Shown here in pieces: positions 45,637 through 55,193 of a DNA stretch of 64,000 nucleotides (its first letter is position 1; every line of letters begins with the position of its first letter). Location of the stretch: NCBI GenBank assembly GCA_944372335.1, contig CALVYQ010000002.1, positions 1,159 through 65,158 on the forward strand, in the 5' to 3' direction. The translations under genes were made by a program, and so were the position numbers. Under the pieces are notes generated by a model. The model had not been told where the DNA came from. It saw only the letters and a list, made by a program, of their open reading frames with translations, and ran no database searches. The DNA is from an uncultured Clostridia bacterium. GTDB lineage: Bacteria; Bacillota; Clostridia; Christensenellales; UBA1242.

Positions 45637-47685
45637 TTAAAATGTGCCGACTCCGCCACCGCCAGCACCGCCACCAGAGAAGCCTCCTCCGCCATCGCCA
45701 CCGATGTTAGATATTGTTATTGTTGTGGCAATCTTTGCGACCTCTTTAACTAATGCACTTACCATTGTCTGACCTACAAGCACACCAAGAGTTGCCATAC
45801 TCCTATTCATCAAGTAAATAGTCATATATAGCGACAAGATATTATCAGTGACAAGCCAAGTTGGACTTTGAAGAGGGATGCTCTCAAATTTCTTCATATA
45901 CACATCACTAACACCAAGCACATAGGCATAAGGAAGCACATCATAGAAGAGCGTTGGATTTTCTTTAACCATTGCCTCCATCATATCCTTTTCTGCTACC
46001 TCTATATATTGCTTAAGCCCTCTAAGCCTACCAAGATATTCCAGGCCTTTCTTTGTGTATTGCTCAAAAAATGGATAAATGAAGAAGAGTGCTATCGGCA
46101 CGATCGGAATAAATATTCTCATGAAGAACGGATCACAATAAGCTTCGCTCATAAGTATGATACCGATAAAGCAGGCAATGGAGAAGATTAGCAAAATTAT
46201 CTTTTTCGCCCAAAACTTTTTGGCTTTTTGTTTGTGTTTGTATTTTTCAATATTAGGCAGTCGCCATAGTAGTGCCACACCAACCACAGCAAGCAAAATC
46301 TTTAAAAACATGAAGAGGTAGTTTAAACTTTGAAGGTCAATTCTGACAATTGTTAGCACCAAAGCCACAAGCACGGCAATGAGCGTCATGCGATAATATC
46401 TGTCAACCGCAGGATTGAAATATTTTTTGCCTTCTCTCTTAACAGAATTCGATATCTTTTGTCCAATAAAAGGACTCATTGATTTAAGTGTTGAAGTATC
46501 TATCGGCTGATCGCTTGTAAAAATTGAATTAAAGAAGAGGCGCTCATGTTCCTTAGCGTTTTCTAAATCTTTTAGTTTTTTAATATAGATTTTCTTTTCC
46601 TTTTCCTGAATTTCTACATAGCCTTTCGATGCCCAATAGACAATCAGTGAGGTTATATCATCGCCCGATACCGTTCTATCAATGATATATCCCGCCTCAG
46701 TTGGAGTCAAACCGTCTGGCGCTTTAAATTCAACAACATCAATTAAGTCATGTTTGCGTCTGTGCATAACATAAAAGACGATTAAAACGATGATAAGCAC
46801 AAGTAAGATGACAAGCAAAACGATATCAAAGGTATAACTTCTTGAAACATCAAAATAGCCCTCATTAAGTGGCTGATACACCGTAAGTGCCTCGCCGTAA
46901 TATAACGCAACAGGTGCCTTGTACTCGCCATAGCTGTAAAAATCGTAAATATATTCAGAGTGAGCAGAGTAAGAACCCGAAAGCGTGTAAGTTTCTTCGT
47001 CATAGGTATATTCAACTTCTGTTCCGTCAGTGTTTACGCCATAACGCCCTGCATAGAAGATAAGCTTATTGCGATATTCTTCCGTTACTTCCTTAGGGAA
47101 GGTGATAGAAAAATCGACATTGCCAATATGCGTATCCACACTTGAACCGATGATATTAAAATAGACAAAGTCCTTGCTTGTGTCCCTGTCAAGTCCTAAA
47201 TCATAGGTATAAGAAAAATCAAAGGTATAACTATCAAACTCTTCGCCTTCCGCCGGCACTCCGCCCATGCTATATGGAAGGTGGAGATAATACGCCCTCA
47301 TGGAATAGTCGCCTGAGTACCCCTCTTCCACATATGCCCCGTCATCGTTATTCATGTGAAAATTGGAAATTTCAAATTCGTAATTTTTAATTGACCTTTT
47401 GCCGTTTTCGTTCGGCACGCCGATAGTCTGTTCGATAGGCAAAGTGCGTATAATGCCGTTTACATTATTAAAGAAAGTTGCTGTTATTTTCTCGTTTATC
47501 TCATACTTATTATCTTCACCAATAACGATATTCACTTCGTAGTTGTTGATATAATATCGACTGTTAAACTCTGGCACATAGTCGTCTATCGTTGTGCCAC
47601 AGCCAGACAGCGCAAAAACAAGAAGCATGAACATGCATAATAAAAGTGCAATTTTAGTTTTCCTTTTTATTAAACTACTTTCCAT
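45637..47685 (-). CDS. DUF2207-type membrane (lipo)protein with a glycine-rich C-terminus
   Basis: Lipobox LSGC after a signal peptide, a large ectodomain, several TM helices, and the tail GGDGGGGFSGGGAGGGGVGTF typical of DUF2207. Start is uncertain (ATG 47685 or GTG 47703; neither has an RBS). Confidence 0.75.
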   Translation of the reverse strand: MESSLIKRKTKIALLLCMFMLLVFALSGCGTTIDDYVPEFNSRYYINNYEVNIVIGEDNKYEINEKITATFFNNVNGIIRTLPIEQTIGVPNENGKRSIKNYEFEISNFHMNNDDGAYVEEGYSGDYSMRAYYLHLPYSMGGVPAEGEEFDSYTFDFSYTYDLGLDRDTSKDFVYFNIIGSSVDTHIGNVDFSITFPKEVTEEYRNKLIFYAGRYGVNTDGTEVEYTYDEETYTLSGSYSAHSEYIYDFYSYGEYKAPVALYYGEALTVYQPLNEGYFDVSRSYTFDIVLLVILLVLIIVLIVFYVMHRRKHDLIDVVEFKAPDGLTPTEAGYIIDRTVSGDDITSLIVYWASKGYVEIQEKEKKIYIKKLKDLENAKEHERLFFNSIFTSDQPIDTSTLKSMSPFIGQKISNSVKREGKKYFNPAVDRYYRMTLIAVLVALVLTIVRIDLQSLNYLFMFLKILLAVVGVALLWRLPNIEKYKHKQKAKKFWAKKIILLIFSIACFIGIILMSEAYCDPFFMRIFIPIVPIALFFIYPFFEQYTKKGLEYLGRLRGLKQYIEVAEKDMMEAMVKENPTLFYDVLPYAYVLGVSDVYMKKFESIPLQSPTWLVTDNILSLYMTIYLMNRSMATLGVLVGQTMVSALVKEVAKIATTITISNIGGDGGGGFSGGGAGGGGVGTF

Positions 47686-47812
47686 ATAGATATATAATAT
47701 CACAAAGCTATCAAAAATTAAAACTAGTTTTTATAAATTCCTTAAAATTATAATATGATTTTGTGTCAATAAGTAAACAAATCTCATAGAAAAAATATGA
47801 AAAGGAGTTTTT

Positions 47813-48847
47813 ATGGCTAATTCAGATTATTACATAGGTGCGAACGATGAGCATGGCGTCAATCCTCCAACTCTCGGGAAGCGAACACCCATTGCTCCGG
47901 GATTAAATAGGCAAATATATGAAAATGAATTTAATAGGGCAGCAAAAAATAAGTTTATTGAGGCCTGTATGCGTCAAGATTTTTCGGTATATGATGTGAA
48001 GCCGGAGCTTCAAGATATTTCGATAAATGAACGCATTAATAGGATAAACTCTCAGAACTTAACCTTGCTTGTCACCTTTGCCTATAACGCTTTTGGCGAA
48101 ACTTTCTCCAGTGCATCAGGCTTAGAGGTGTATTATTCTCCTCTCAATCCAAAATCAAGTCAAAGTCGAAATCTCTCCGAAAATCTGTATGCCGAACTTA
48201 TCGGAGGAACGAATCAAAATGGACGTGGCGTTAAAACGCTTGATGTTGGCGTTCTAAGTAATGTAAACTGCGTTTCAAGCTTAATTGAGGCAGGCTTTAT
48301 GACAAATTTAAGAGAGGCACGCCTCATGATTAATCCACTTTTCCAAACTGAGGTTGGAGAAGAAGCTTGCCACGGCGTGTGTAACTATTTAGGCGTTCCA
48401 TACTTGCCACGTGACAACTTAAACAACTATCCTCTTTTAAGAAGTGGAAGCAATAATAACTTTGTCTATCTTCTGCAATTCATATTAAATCAATATGGCT
48501 ACAATCTTTCGGTTGATGGCATCTTTGGTTCAAACACACTGAATGCTGTCAGAGATTTTCAACGAAATAACTCGCTTTCTGTCGATGGCTTGGTCGGCAC
48601 TAACACTTGGCGAACACTTTTAAATCTTCCACCATATCCACTGCTTCGTGAGGGAAATCGTGGAGCGTATGTGACTTTTCTACAACAACTTCTAGAGAGT
48701 AACCTCTATCCTGTCGGCGGAATTGACGGCATATTCGGCAGTCGAACACTGAGTGCAGTTCGCTCCTTTCAAAGTGCAAATAATCTCACGGTTGACGGCT
48801 TAGTTGGAAATAACACTTGGAACGCTCTCACTAACCTCAATTTTTAA
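47813..48847 (+). CDS. N-acetylmuramoyl-L-alanine amidase with two PG_binding_1 repeats
   Basis: 344 aa. Amidase_3-like N-terminal half (LLVTFAYNAF ... SLIEAGFMTN). Two copies of DGIFGS-T--AVR-FQ--N-L-VDGLVG-NTW. Confidence 0.85.
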   Translation: MANSDYYIGANDEHGVNPPTLGKRTPIAPGLNRQIYENEFNRAAKNKFIEACMRQDFSVYDVKPELQDISINERINRINSQNLTLLVTFAYNAFGETFSSASGLEVYYSPLNPKSSQSRNLSENLYAELIGGTNQNGRGVKTLDVGVLSNVNCVSSLIEAGFMTNLREARLMINPLFQTEVGEEACHGVCNYLGVPYLPRDNLNNYPLLRSGSNNNFVYLLQFILNQYGYNLSVDGIFGSNTLNAVRDFQRNNSLSVDGLVGTNTWRTLLNLPPYPLLREGNRGAYVTFLQQLLESNLYPVGGIDGIFGSRTLSAVRSFQSANNLTVDGLVGNNTWNALTNLNF

Positions 48848-48860
48848 AATAAAAAAAATA

Positions 48861-48884
48861 AAAGGAAGATAATTCTTCCTTTTT
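48861..48884 (+). terminator. Intrinsic terminator after the amidase gene
   Basis: Stem aaaggaag / cttccttt, 6-nt loop, then a T-run. Confidence 0.8.
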
Positions 48885-48942
48885 ATAATTTAAATGTTTT
48901 TCGACTTTATTCGTTTAAAATATCAATTAAACTTAATAAAGC

Positions 48943-50337
48943 TTAAATTTTATCTATGATATCACGTGCAGCAATAAGCCCTGTCGCAGCTGCCACAACG
49001 ATATTGCCAGCCTTCCCTGCTCCATCGCCAATAAAGTATAGATTTTTATCTTTGACTTTGAATTTATTATCCGTTTCAATCTCATTTGAAAAGAACTTTA
49101 TCTCTGGTCCATACAATAGTGTTTCATCGTTGTTTACACCAGGAATAATTTTGTCTAACTCTTCCAAGCCCTCCAATATATTGGTGATTATTCTATATGG
49201 CATAACAAGAGCAAGGTCGCCCGCCACACAATCCTTTAAAGTAGGCTCAATAAAGCCCTTGTTAATTCTATGCCATTCACTGCGCCTTCCCTGTTTCAAG
49301 TCTTTTAGCGTTTGAATGATTGGCTTGTTATCTCCAAGTACGTTGGCAATACGTGCAATAGATTCGCCATAAAGACGGGTGTTTGTAACCGGCTGTGTCA
49401 AGGTCACTTTGGAGATAAAGGCGAAATTCGAATTGTTAGACTTTGTATTTTTGAGTGCATGACCGTTTACGCAGATATAGCCATAATAATTTTCTTTGGT
49501 CACATAGCCACCTGGATTGGTGCAAAAGGTTCGTATCTCATCGCCATAAGTCTTAGTCTTAATAAATATTGTCGGGTCATAGATAACATCGGTTATGTCT
49601 TTCAAAATTTCCTTTCTGACCTCCACACGAACACCGATTTCTATACTTTGAGAGTTATATGGAATATTATGTTTATCTAGTAGTTTTTGTACCCACTCTG
49701 CACCCGTTCGTCCTGGCGCAATCACAACATATTTGGAGGTCATCTCTTTCATTTCGCCATGCAAAGTGTAGGTTATATGATTGAGATTGTTTGCATCTTG
49801 CTCCACATCTAAAACATTACCACTTTCAATGATTTCAACTCCCTCATCTTCAAGATAAGTGGTAAATTTTTCTATATGCTTTGGCAGTGTGTCCGAACCA
49901 AGATGCTTTTGCTTGATTAGAAGAAGCCTTGCGCCTTTTAAGGTCACTTGGCGTTTAATTTCTTCACTCTTTTCTGTGCTTTTTGGATATACCTCAGCGT
50001 CCATACCAAACTTGTTGAAGATTTCCTCAGTGTCATCGATGATTTTATAAGCTTCGCTTTCACTCATATATTTAAATAGGTCGCTCTTGCCAAGTTTTGG
50101 AATGAAGTTAAGTTTGCCATCACTGAATGTGCCAGCACCACCAAAACCTGATAGGATTTGACAAGGTTGACAATTTACACAGCTATGCCCCTGCTTCATA
50201 GGACAAACACGATTTTTTGCACGCTTGCCTTGGTCAATCAAACAAACTTTCAAAGCTTTATTTAGTCTTTTAAGCTCGTAAGCAGTGAAAAGTCCAGCAG
50301 GCCCTGCACCAACAATCACAACATCATAATTATTCAC
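48943..50337 (-). CDS. FAD-dependent oxidoreductase (COG2509-like)
   Basis: 464 aa. GTG start behind GGAGG. Dinucleotide-binding motif DVVIVGAGPAGL. C-terminal GDGAGKAGNIVVAAATG. Confidence 0.8.
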   Translation of the reverse strand: MNNYDVVIVGAGPAGLFTAYELKRLNKALKVCLIDQGKRAKNRVCPMKQGHSCVNCQPCQILSGFGGAGTFSDGKLNFIPKLGKSDLFKYMSESEAYKIIDDTEEIFNKFGMDAEVYPKSTEKSEEIKRQVTLKGARLLLIKQKHLGSDTLPKHIEKFTTYLEDEGVEIIESGNVLDVEQDANNLNHITYTLHGEMKEMTSKYVVIAPGRTGAEWVQKLLDKHNIPYNSQSIEIGVRVEVRKEILKDITDVIYDPTIFIKTKTYGDEIRTFCTNPGGYVTKENYYGYICVNGHALKNTKSNNSNFAFISKVTLTQPVTNTRLYGESIARIANVLGDNKPIIQTLKDLKQGRRSEWHRINKGFIEPTLKDCVAGDLALVMPYRIITNILEGLEELDKIIPGVNNDETLLYGPEIKFFSNEIETDNKFKVKDKNLYFIGDGAGKAGNIVVAAATGLIAARDIIDKI

Positions 50338-50516
50338 CTATACCTCCACTTTAACAAGTCTATTATATCATATTCGCTAATAAATTTGATAATTTTTATA
50401 TGACAAACAGAAAAATTCTTATTTTTATTTTTTTCGCAAGCTCACTTTTCCACATTTCCACATTAAAAAACCATACTTCTAATTGAAATATGGCTTCTTT
50501 GGGATTTTTAAATTGA

Positions 50517-50735
50517 TTATTTTTTATATTCGTCCGATAGGCCAGCTAAGTAGTCAAGAGAAACATCAAAAAATTTAGCTAGCATTATGGCATAACTTAA
50601 TTTTATGTCCCGTTCCCCTTTTTCCCAAGATGATATTGCTTGACGAGAAAGAGATTTTATTGATTTTGCTAAATCTTCCTGCGATAAGCCTTTTTCCAGC
50701 CTTAATTCTTTTAATCTATTTGAAAATGTGTCCAT
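50517..50735 (-). CDS. XRE-family HTH repressor (left arm of a divergent pair)
   Basis: 72 aa from the ATG at 50735 (MDTFSNRLKELRLEKGLSQEDLAKSI...). Short leader carries AGGGAAAAG. Confidence 0.8.
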   Translation of the reverse strand: MDTFSNRLKELRLEKGLSQEDLAKSIKSLSRQAISSWEKGERDIKLSYAIMLAKFFDVSLDYLAGLSDEYKK

Positions 50736-50754
50736 ATTCTTTTCCCTTTTTAAA

Positions 50755-50834
50755 ATTATATCCACAATCGTGGCAAAATTGCTTGACATTCCACAATCGT
50801 GGCGGTATTATATTATTAATTCCACAATCGTGGC
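50755..50834. promoter_or_regulatory. Divergent promoter region with three copies of the operator TCCACAATCGTGGC
   Basis: Identical 14-mers at 50761-50774, 50790-50803 and 50821-50834. Plus-strand promoter: TTGACA (50783-50788), 17 nt, TATTAT (50806-50811), with copy 2 filling the spacer. Minus-strand TATAAT (50755-50760) abuts copy 1. Confidence 0.75.
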
Positions 50835-50853
50835 AATTAAAAGGAGCGAAAAA

Positions 50854-51099
50854 ATGGATAAAGAAAGAATAGAAGAAAGAAAAATAGTTATGAAACAAAT
50901 TGGAAACAATTTAAGAACACTTAGAAAAAAAAGAAACCTCACACAGAGTGAGGTTGCAAAGATGAATGGTATAAGTTTGAGAAGTTACTCAAAATATGAG
51001 TGCGGACATGCCATGATGTATATTAGAACCTTATTCAAACTAGCTAGATTTTATAGTGTGAAAATCACTTATCTTGTGGACGAAAAACCTAATTCTTAA
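50854..51099 (+). CDS. XRE-family HTH regulator (right arm of the divergent pair)
   Basis: 81 aa from the ATG at 50854 (RBS AAGGAG). LRKKRNLTQSEVAKMNGISLRSYSKYE is a Cro/C1 HTH. Confidence 0.8.
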   Translation: MDKERIEERKIVMKQIGNNLRTLRKKRNLTQSEVAKMNGISLRSYSKYECGHAMMYIRTLFKLARFYSVKITYLVDEKPNS

Positions 51100-52339
51100 C
51101 CCTGCCGACTTCGGTGTTGTCAGTGGTTCTATCTTGAAGAGGCTTGATAGGATTTGGCTTATCTTCCACACGGTAGTCCTTACCGTATCTGTCGATATGC
51201 TCTTCTACCACTTTATGCGAGGCAACGGCTTTTTCATTTTTAATCACCTTTCTTTGATACTTAAAGAAATCAGCGTCATCGGATAAATCATTGATGTTGA
51301 TATAGCCCTCACGATGTGCGGTGTTATTGACGGTGTCCTTTAAGATATTCCTGATATAGTTCTTGTTTGATTTAAAGGAAATGAGTTCTGGAAATTCGCC
51401 GTTTGGAATGACCTCTTGCCACTCTTTCTTTTCATACTTCCTTAAATTCTTTACGGCACTATGAAGGTGAGCTATCTCCTGCTCTAACAGCATTTCCCAA
51501 ACTTTTTTCACGCCCTCATCGCTTTCGTCACAGAGCATGGAGTAGTAGAGATAGCACTCGATATATTCATGCATCAAACACATCTCAAACCAAGATGCCG
51601 AAGGGTCGATGAGTGAGCCATAGTGAGTGACGTGTTGTTCTTCCACCATGGCAATTTCAGTATAGACTTCCCTGCCCTTTTGATTTTTATAGAACGCACC
51701 TAGGTTCATGTAGTAGTTCATCGTTTGTTGCTCGGCAGCGGTGATGATGTTCACGGCGCACTTGTCGAACGGGTCGGCAGTCTTGTTGCATATATGATTT
51801 TTCACACTGTCATAAGGGTGCCTGTGATGAGCAATTGTTGGACGTGCCGGCATGATTTCGGTGTAGTCGCCAACATAGTCCTCAGCATGACAACCCATAT
51901 CACTTTCAAGCATATTTGCATAACGATAAAGGTGGTCGAAGTCCTCTAAGAGTGCAAAATCAAGGGCACTTTTTACATTTTTATCTTTCACGTGCTGAGC
52001 CAAAAATGCCGTCAAATCGACTGCAAGTTGCTCATAGCCGATTGTCGTTTCAAGTTGATTTTCGTCGATTGGCTTTAAGGACGAAATCAATTTTTGTTGT
52101 TGCTGTTCACTGCGTCTGACAAGTGCAAGCGAGCGCTTTAAGTCATTGTCATCTATGTGCCTATGAAAATGATGGCTAAACCACACCGCTTCATACTCGG
52201 TGCCATTCATAAGTATGCAACGAACTCGGGTGTAGGGACTGCTTTCAAGTTTATTATAAGGCTTTCCTGCCAACTTTTTAAAGTCCATCAACGTGCTCTC
52301 TAAACTCTTTGGCTTTTCCAAAAACGGATTAAATTTCAT
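51089..52339 (-). CDS. Ferritin-like (di-iron carboxylate type) protein, function unknown
   Basis: 416 aa from the ATG at 52339 (RBS GGAGG). Paired E-x-x-H motifs (MVEEQHVTHY, LEQEIAHLH) and further helix-borne E/H residues suggest a ferritin-like fold. The 3' end overlaps the convergent XRE gene by 11 nt. Confidence 0.5.
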   Translation of the reverse strand: MKFNPFLEKPKSLESTLMDFKKLAGKPYNKLESSPYTRVRCILMNGTEYEAVWFSHHFHRHIDDNDLKRSLALVRRSEQQQQKLISSLKPIDENQLETTIGYEQLAVDLTAFLAQHVKDKNVKSALDFALLEDFDHLYRYANMLESDMGCHAEDYVGDYTEIMPARPTIAHHRHPYDSVKNHICNKTADPFDKCAVNIITAAEQQTMNYYMNLGAFYKNQKGREVYTEIAMVEEQHVTHYGSLIDPSASWFEMCLMHEYIECYLYYSMLCDESDEGVKKVWEMLLEQEIAHLHSAVKNLRKYEKKEWQEVIPNGEFPELISFKSNKNYIRNILKDTVNNTAHREGYININDLSDDADFFKYQRKVIKNEKAVASHKVVEEHIDRYGKDYRVEDKPNPIKPLQDRTTDNTEVGRVKN

Positions 52340-52397
52340 ATATACCTCCAACTTTTAGTTTTGCCAAATTCACGCCTAAATATTCGCATAAAATCTT

Positions 52398-52527
52398 TGT
52401 GTTACAATCTCAATAAACAAAATCTTTGTTACAACATTAATAGATAAAATTCTGTGTTACAATCTCTTTAAAAAATTTTGTGTTACAATCGTTTTCTAAT
52501 TTATTACCTTTAATTTGTGTTACAAAA
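52398..52527. repeat. Five direct copies of TGTGTTACAA(TC) in the ferritin-like gene's upstream region
   Basis: TGTGTTACAATC at 52398, 52453 and 52479. TGTGTTACAAAA at 52516. Degenerate TTGTTACAAC at 52427. Four copies are preceded by aaaWtyT. Confidence 0.8.
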
Positions 52528-52548
52528 TATATTTCATAATTTATCAAT

Positions 52549-52572
52549 AAAAAATCTCGACCTAAGTCGAGA
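52549..52572 (-). terminator. Intrinsic terminator after the 52608-53909 gene
   Basis: Stem tctcgac / gtcgaga, loop ctaa, then a 6-U run on the minus strand. Confidence 0.85.
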
Positions 52573-52607
52573 AATTTTAATTAAATATCTTCTTTTGCAA
52601 GGAAAGA

Positions 52608-53909
52608 TTAAATTCTGATGTAACGATTTTTCTTTCTAAGATACCAATTCATCAAGGTAAATAATCCTAAAATTGCAAGCACGATAACCACAGCTGCGGC
52701 TGGATGTAGTGATGCTATCTGCGTCTCTAAAAGTCCGCCGAAAAGCATACTAACAACCAACGTCAATATGTAAGTTAAAATGGCGTTGCTTCCCCAAATT
52801 GCGAAGAAGCTGAACTTAGGCTTCCAATTGTTTAAGAAGTTGAGTCCTCCCCAAATCATGGAAGAAATGCTTGCACAGAAGAGTGCATAAACCGGTGTAC
52901 AACCTCTTTTTGCTGCGGTAAAGCCGAAGGCAACAATTAAAACTATGGAGATTAAAAGCATAAGTGAGGACATTATCCAATAACGCTTATCGTCTTTAAG
53001 TTCGGCAAAAACTGAACCTAAAAGAAGTATTCCAGCCCAGCTGAAACCACCAAATATACCTCCTTCCAAAATCTTATTTGCAAGAGGGAAAAGTCCATTT
53101 TGCATCAATACTGTCATAACAACAAAGGTAATTGAAACAATAATCAATCTGCCCCATTTGTCAAACTTAACAAATGGAAGAGCCATGAGTCCAGCAAGGC
53201 CGATGTTTTGGAGAGTGTCCCATTCCCAACCACCGAAACGCTCACCGTCTGCTGGCACTGTGATTTTTTCTGCGGTATTTACTAAGATAAAATATAAAGC
53301 TAAAACGCCTGCTATTGCAAGAAAATAACGGAGCATTGCAGATGATACCTGCTTAAACTTTTCGTTTTTAACTGCAAGACTGATTAAAAAGACAATTAAA
53401 AGGGCTAATGCAATCCAAAACATAACCGCAAAGATTTGAATTTTTATGGAAAGGTCAGCAAATGTCTTTGAACCTGTGAAGATATCTGCCCAACCATTTT
53501 CAAAACCATTGAATAAGATTCCAATTCCAATTAGAGCTAGAAATCTTATGGCAAGTTGCCAATATGCCCTGCGTGTGCCATATTTCCTTTCACGAGATTT
53601 AAAACTTTTGCAGATTGTCAGCCCTATAACAAAGATGAACATAGCCGCAAATAGGTCCGCGAACGAAACTCCCGGCAAAACTTGGAAGCCATCAGCACCA
53701 TGTTCAATGATCGGTGCTAAAAAGTTGAAACATGAGAAGATTGGAAGAATGAAAGAGCATACCATTAAGAACATACAAAGTCCTCTAAATCGGTCGATGG
53801 ATAGCAATCTTTCGCCTTTCTCTGATGTTTCGTCTGCTTTTGCACGATATTCCATTTTATTGTCTTTTAAAACTTCTTCAATTATCACATCACTTTTTTC
53901 TTTTTTCAC
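52608..53909 (-). CDS. Polytopic membrane protein, HGSNAT/DUF1624-DUF5009-like acyltransferase family (paralog 2)
   Basis: N-terminal SIDRFRGLCMFLMV motif followed by about 10 TM helices. Likely GTG start at 53909, 6 nt after AGGAGGG and 13 nt after the upstream stop (the track start at 53966 would overlap the upstream gene). Confidence 0.7.
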   Translation of the reverse strand: MKKEKSDVIIEEVLKDNKMEYRAKADETSEKGERLLSIDRFRGLCMFLMVCSFILPIFSCFNFLAPIIEHGADGFQVLPGVSFADLFAAMFIFVIGLTICKSFKSRERKYGTRRAYWQLAIRFLALIGIGILFNGFENGWADIFTGSKTFADLSIKIQIFAVMFWIALALLIVFLISLAVKNEKFKQVSSAMLRYFLAIAGVLALYFILVNTAEKITVPADGERFGGWEWDTLQNIGLAGLMALPFVKFDKWGRLIIVSITFVVMTVLMQNGLFPLANKILEGGIFGGFSWAGILLLGSVFAELKDDKRYWIMSSLMLLISIVLIVAFGFTAAKRGCTPVYALFCASISSMIWGGLNFLNNWKPKFSFFAIWGSNAILTYILTLVVSMLFGGLLETQIASLHPAAAVVIVLAILGLFTLMNWYLRKKNRYIRI

Positions 53910-53922
53910 TTTTTTCCCTCCT

Positions 53923-55191
53923 TTATAAACTAATTGATTTTTTCTTCCTTGCGAGAAGATATGCAAATGCCGTCAAAAGCACTATTGCCAAAATTCCTTG
54001 AATTCCCGCAAGCCACCAACTAGCGCCCGACAAGGCACTTGCTGGCATAACCGTGGTGTAAACACCGATGACGAAGAATTCCGCTAAGAACATGATGATA
54101 GGATTTTTACCCCACCAAACGAGAAATTCAAATTTCCAAGTTATGTATTTATCAAGATAATCGAATATGAAGAAGATTAATCCGCTTAGCCCAACGCTCA
54201 CCAAGATGAAAGTCGGCGAGCAACTGCCAAGATTAATTACGCCAAGCCACTGTGTCAAGAAAACGCCAAGTGCGCAGAATATGGCGGAAAGCGTGAGAGC
54301 TATATGCTTTTTCTTCATGAAATAGAAATCGGCGATCATCATATCAAATATCAGCATTGCGCCCCAGCCAAAGCCACCTATCGTGCCACCATGCACAATC
54401 ACATCAAGCCACGCCTTGTTGTCGCCTATCTGGTGGAAAACTGAGTATGCGACAAGGATGACAGATGCTCCGATAAGTTTCACCCACCATTTAGATTTAA
54501 CAAACGGAAAGGCAACAAGAATGGCAAAGCCGATTCCTTGCAAGGTCACCCAATAGTTGTATCTAAACGCACTAAAATCATTTTGAATGGCAAAGAAATC
54601 GATTGTTGTGATTATGATGTTCATAATGCCCATGCAAGAAAGTGCCACATAGAAGATGTGTTCTGCTGGCACGGACAATTTTTTCTTCCACGCAGGGATG
54701 AGTGCAAGCAGTCTTAAAACCAAGCCGATAATTGCCACGATGGAGAAAGCAAGCACTGTATAATCAAACGCATTTAAGGTGTAACCGTCCATACTATCCA
54801 AAACTTTGTTGCATAAATCAAGAAAAGTTCCAAGCCCAACAATGGAAAGAGCACGCTCTAAGTAGTGGATAATTGCGTGCTTTGTGCCATACAATCTTTG
54901 CCACTTGGTGAAAGACAGTGTAAAGGTTAAGCCGATTGCAAAGATAAATGCTGGAGCAATAATGTCTGCAAGCGTCATACCCGGCAAGATGATTATGCCT
55001 TTTGACAGCGAATGGTCAGCAAGCCTAGACAAAATTCCAAGACTAGGAAAGTTTTTTAAAAATTGAAAGATTAGCATACAAAAGACGCAAAATCCGCGAA
55101 ATCTGTCTATGCTTTTTATACGCTTACTTTCTTTTGCATCAATAGGAAGCATTGTATCTTTTTTAATAATCGCTTCTTCAACTTTTTCCAT
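53923..55191 (-). CDS. Polytopic membrane protein, HGSNAT/DUF1624-DUF5009-like acyltransferase family (paralog 1)
   Basis: 422 aa. SIDRFRGFCVFCML motif and a TM architecture parallel to the downstream paralog. The ATG lies 2 nt after the ligase stop. Confidence 0.7.
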   Translation of the reverse strand: MEKVEEAIIKKDTMLPIDAKESKRIKSIDRFRGFCVFCMLIFQFLKNFPSLGILSRLADHSLSKGIIILPGMTLADIIAPAFIFAIGLTFTLSFTKWQRLYGTKHAIIHYLERALSIVGLGTFLDLCNKVLDSMDGYTLNAFDYTVLAFSIVAIIGLVLRLLALIPAWKKKLSVPAEHIFYVALSCMGIMNIIITTIDFFAIQNDFSAFRYNYWVTLQGIGFAILVAFPFVKSKWWVKLIGASVILVAYSVFHQIGDNKAWLDVIVHGGTIGGFGWGAMLIFDMMIADFYFMKKKHIALTLSAIFCALGVFLTQWLGVINLGSCSPTFILVSVGLSGLIFFIFDYLDKYITWKFEFLVWWGKNPIIMFLAEFFVIGVYTTVMPASALSGASWWLAGIQGILAIVLLTAFAYLLARKKKSISL

Positions 55192-55193
55192 AT

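Noticed and set aside
50761-50834. The three TCCACAATCGTGGC repeats read as DnaA boxes
   Set aside because: Only the first copy is within one mismatch of TTATCCACA when its flank is included. The conserved unit is the 14-mer palindrome-like site positioned on the two promoters, which fits operators for the flanking HTH proteins.
53446-53928. 160-aa plus-strand ORF antisense to the membrane acyltransferase-like gene
   Set aside because: The opposite strand encodes a coherent 10-TM protein paralogous to its neighbour. The antisense frame has no RBS.
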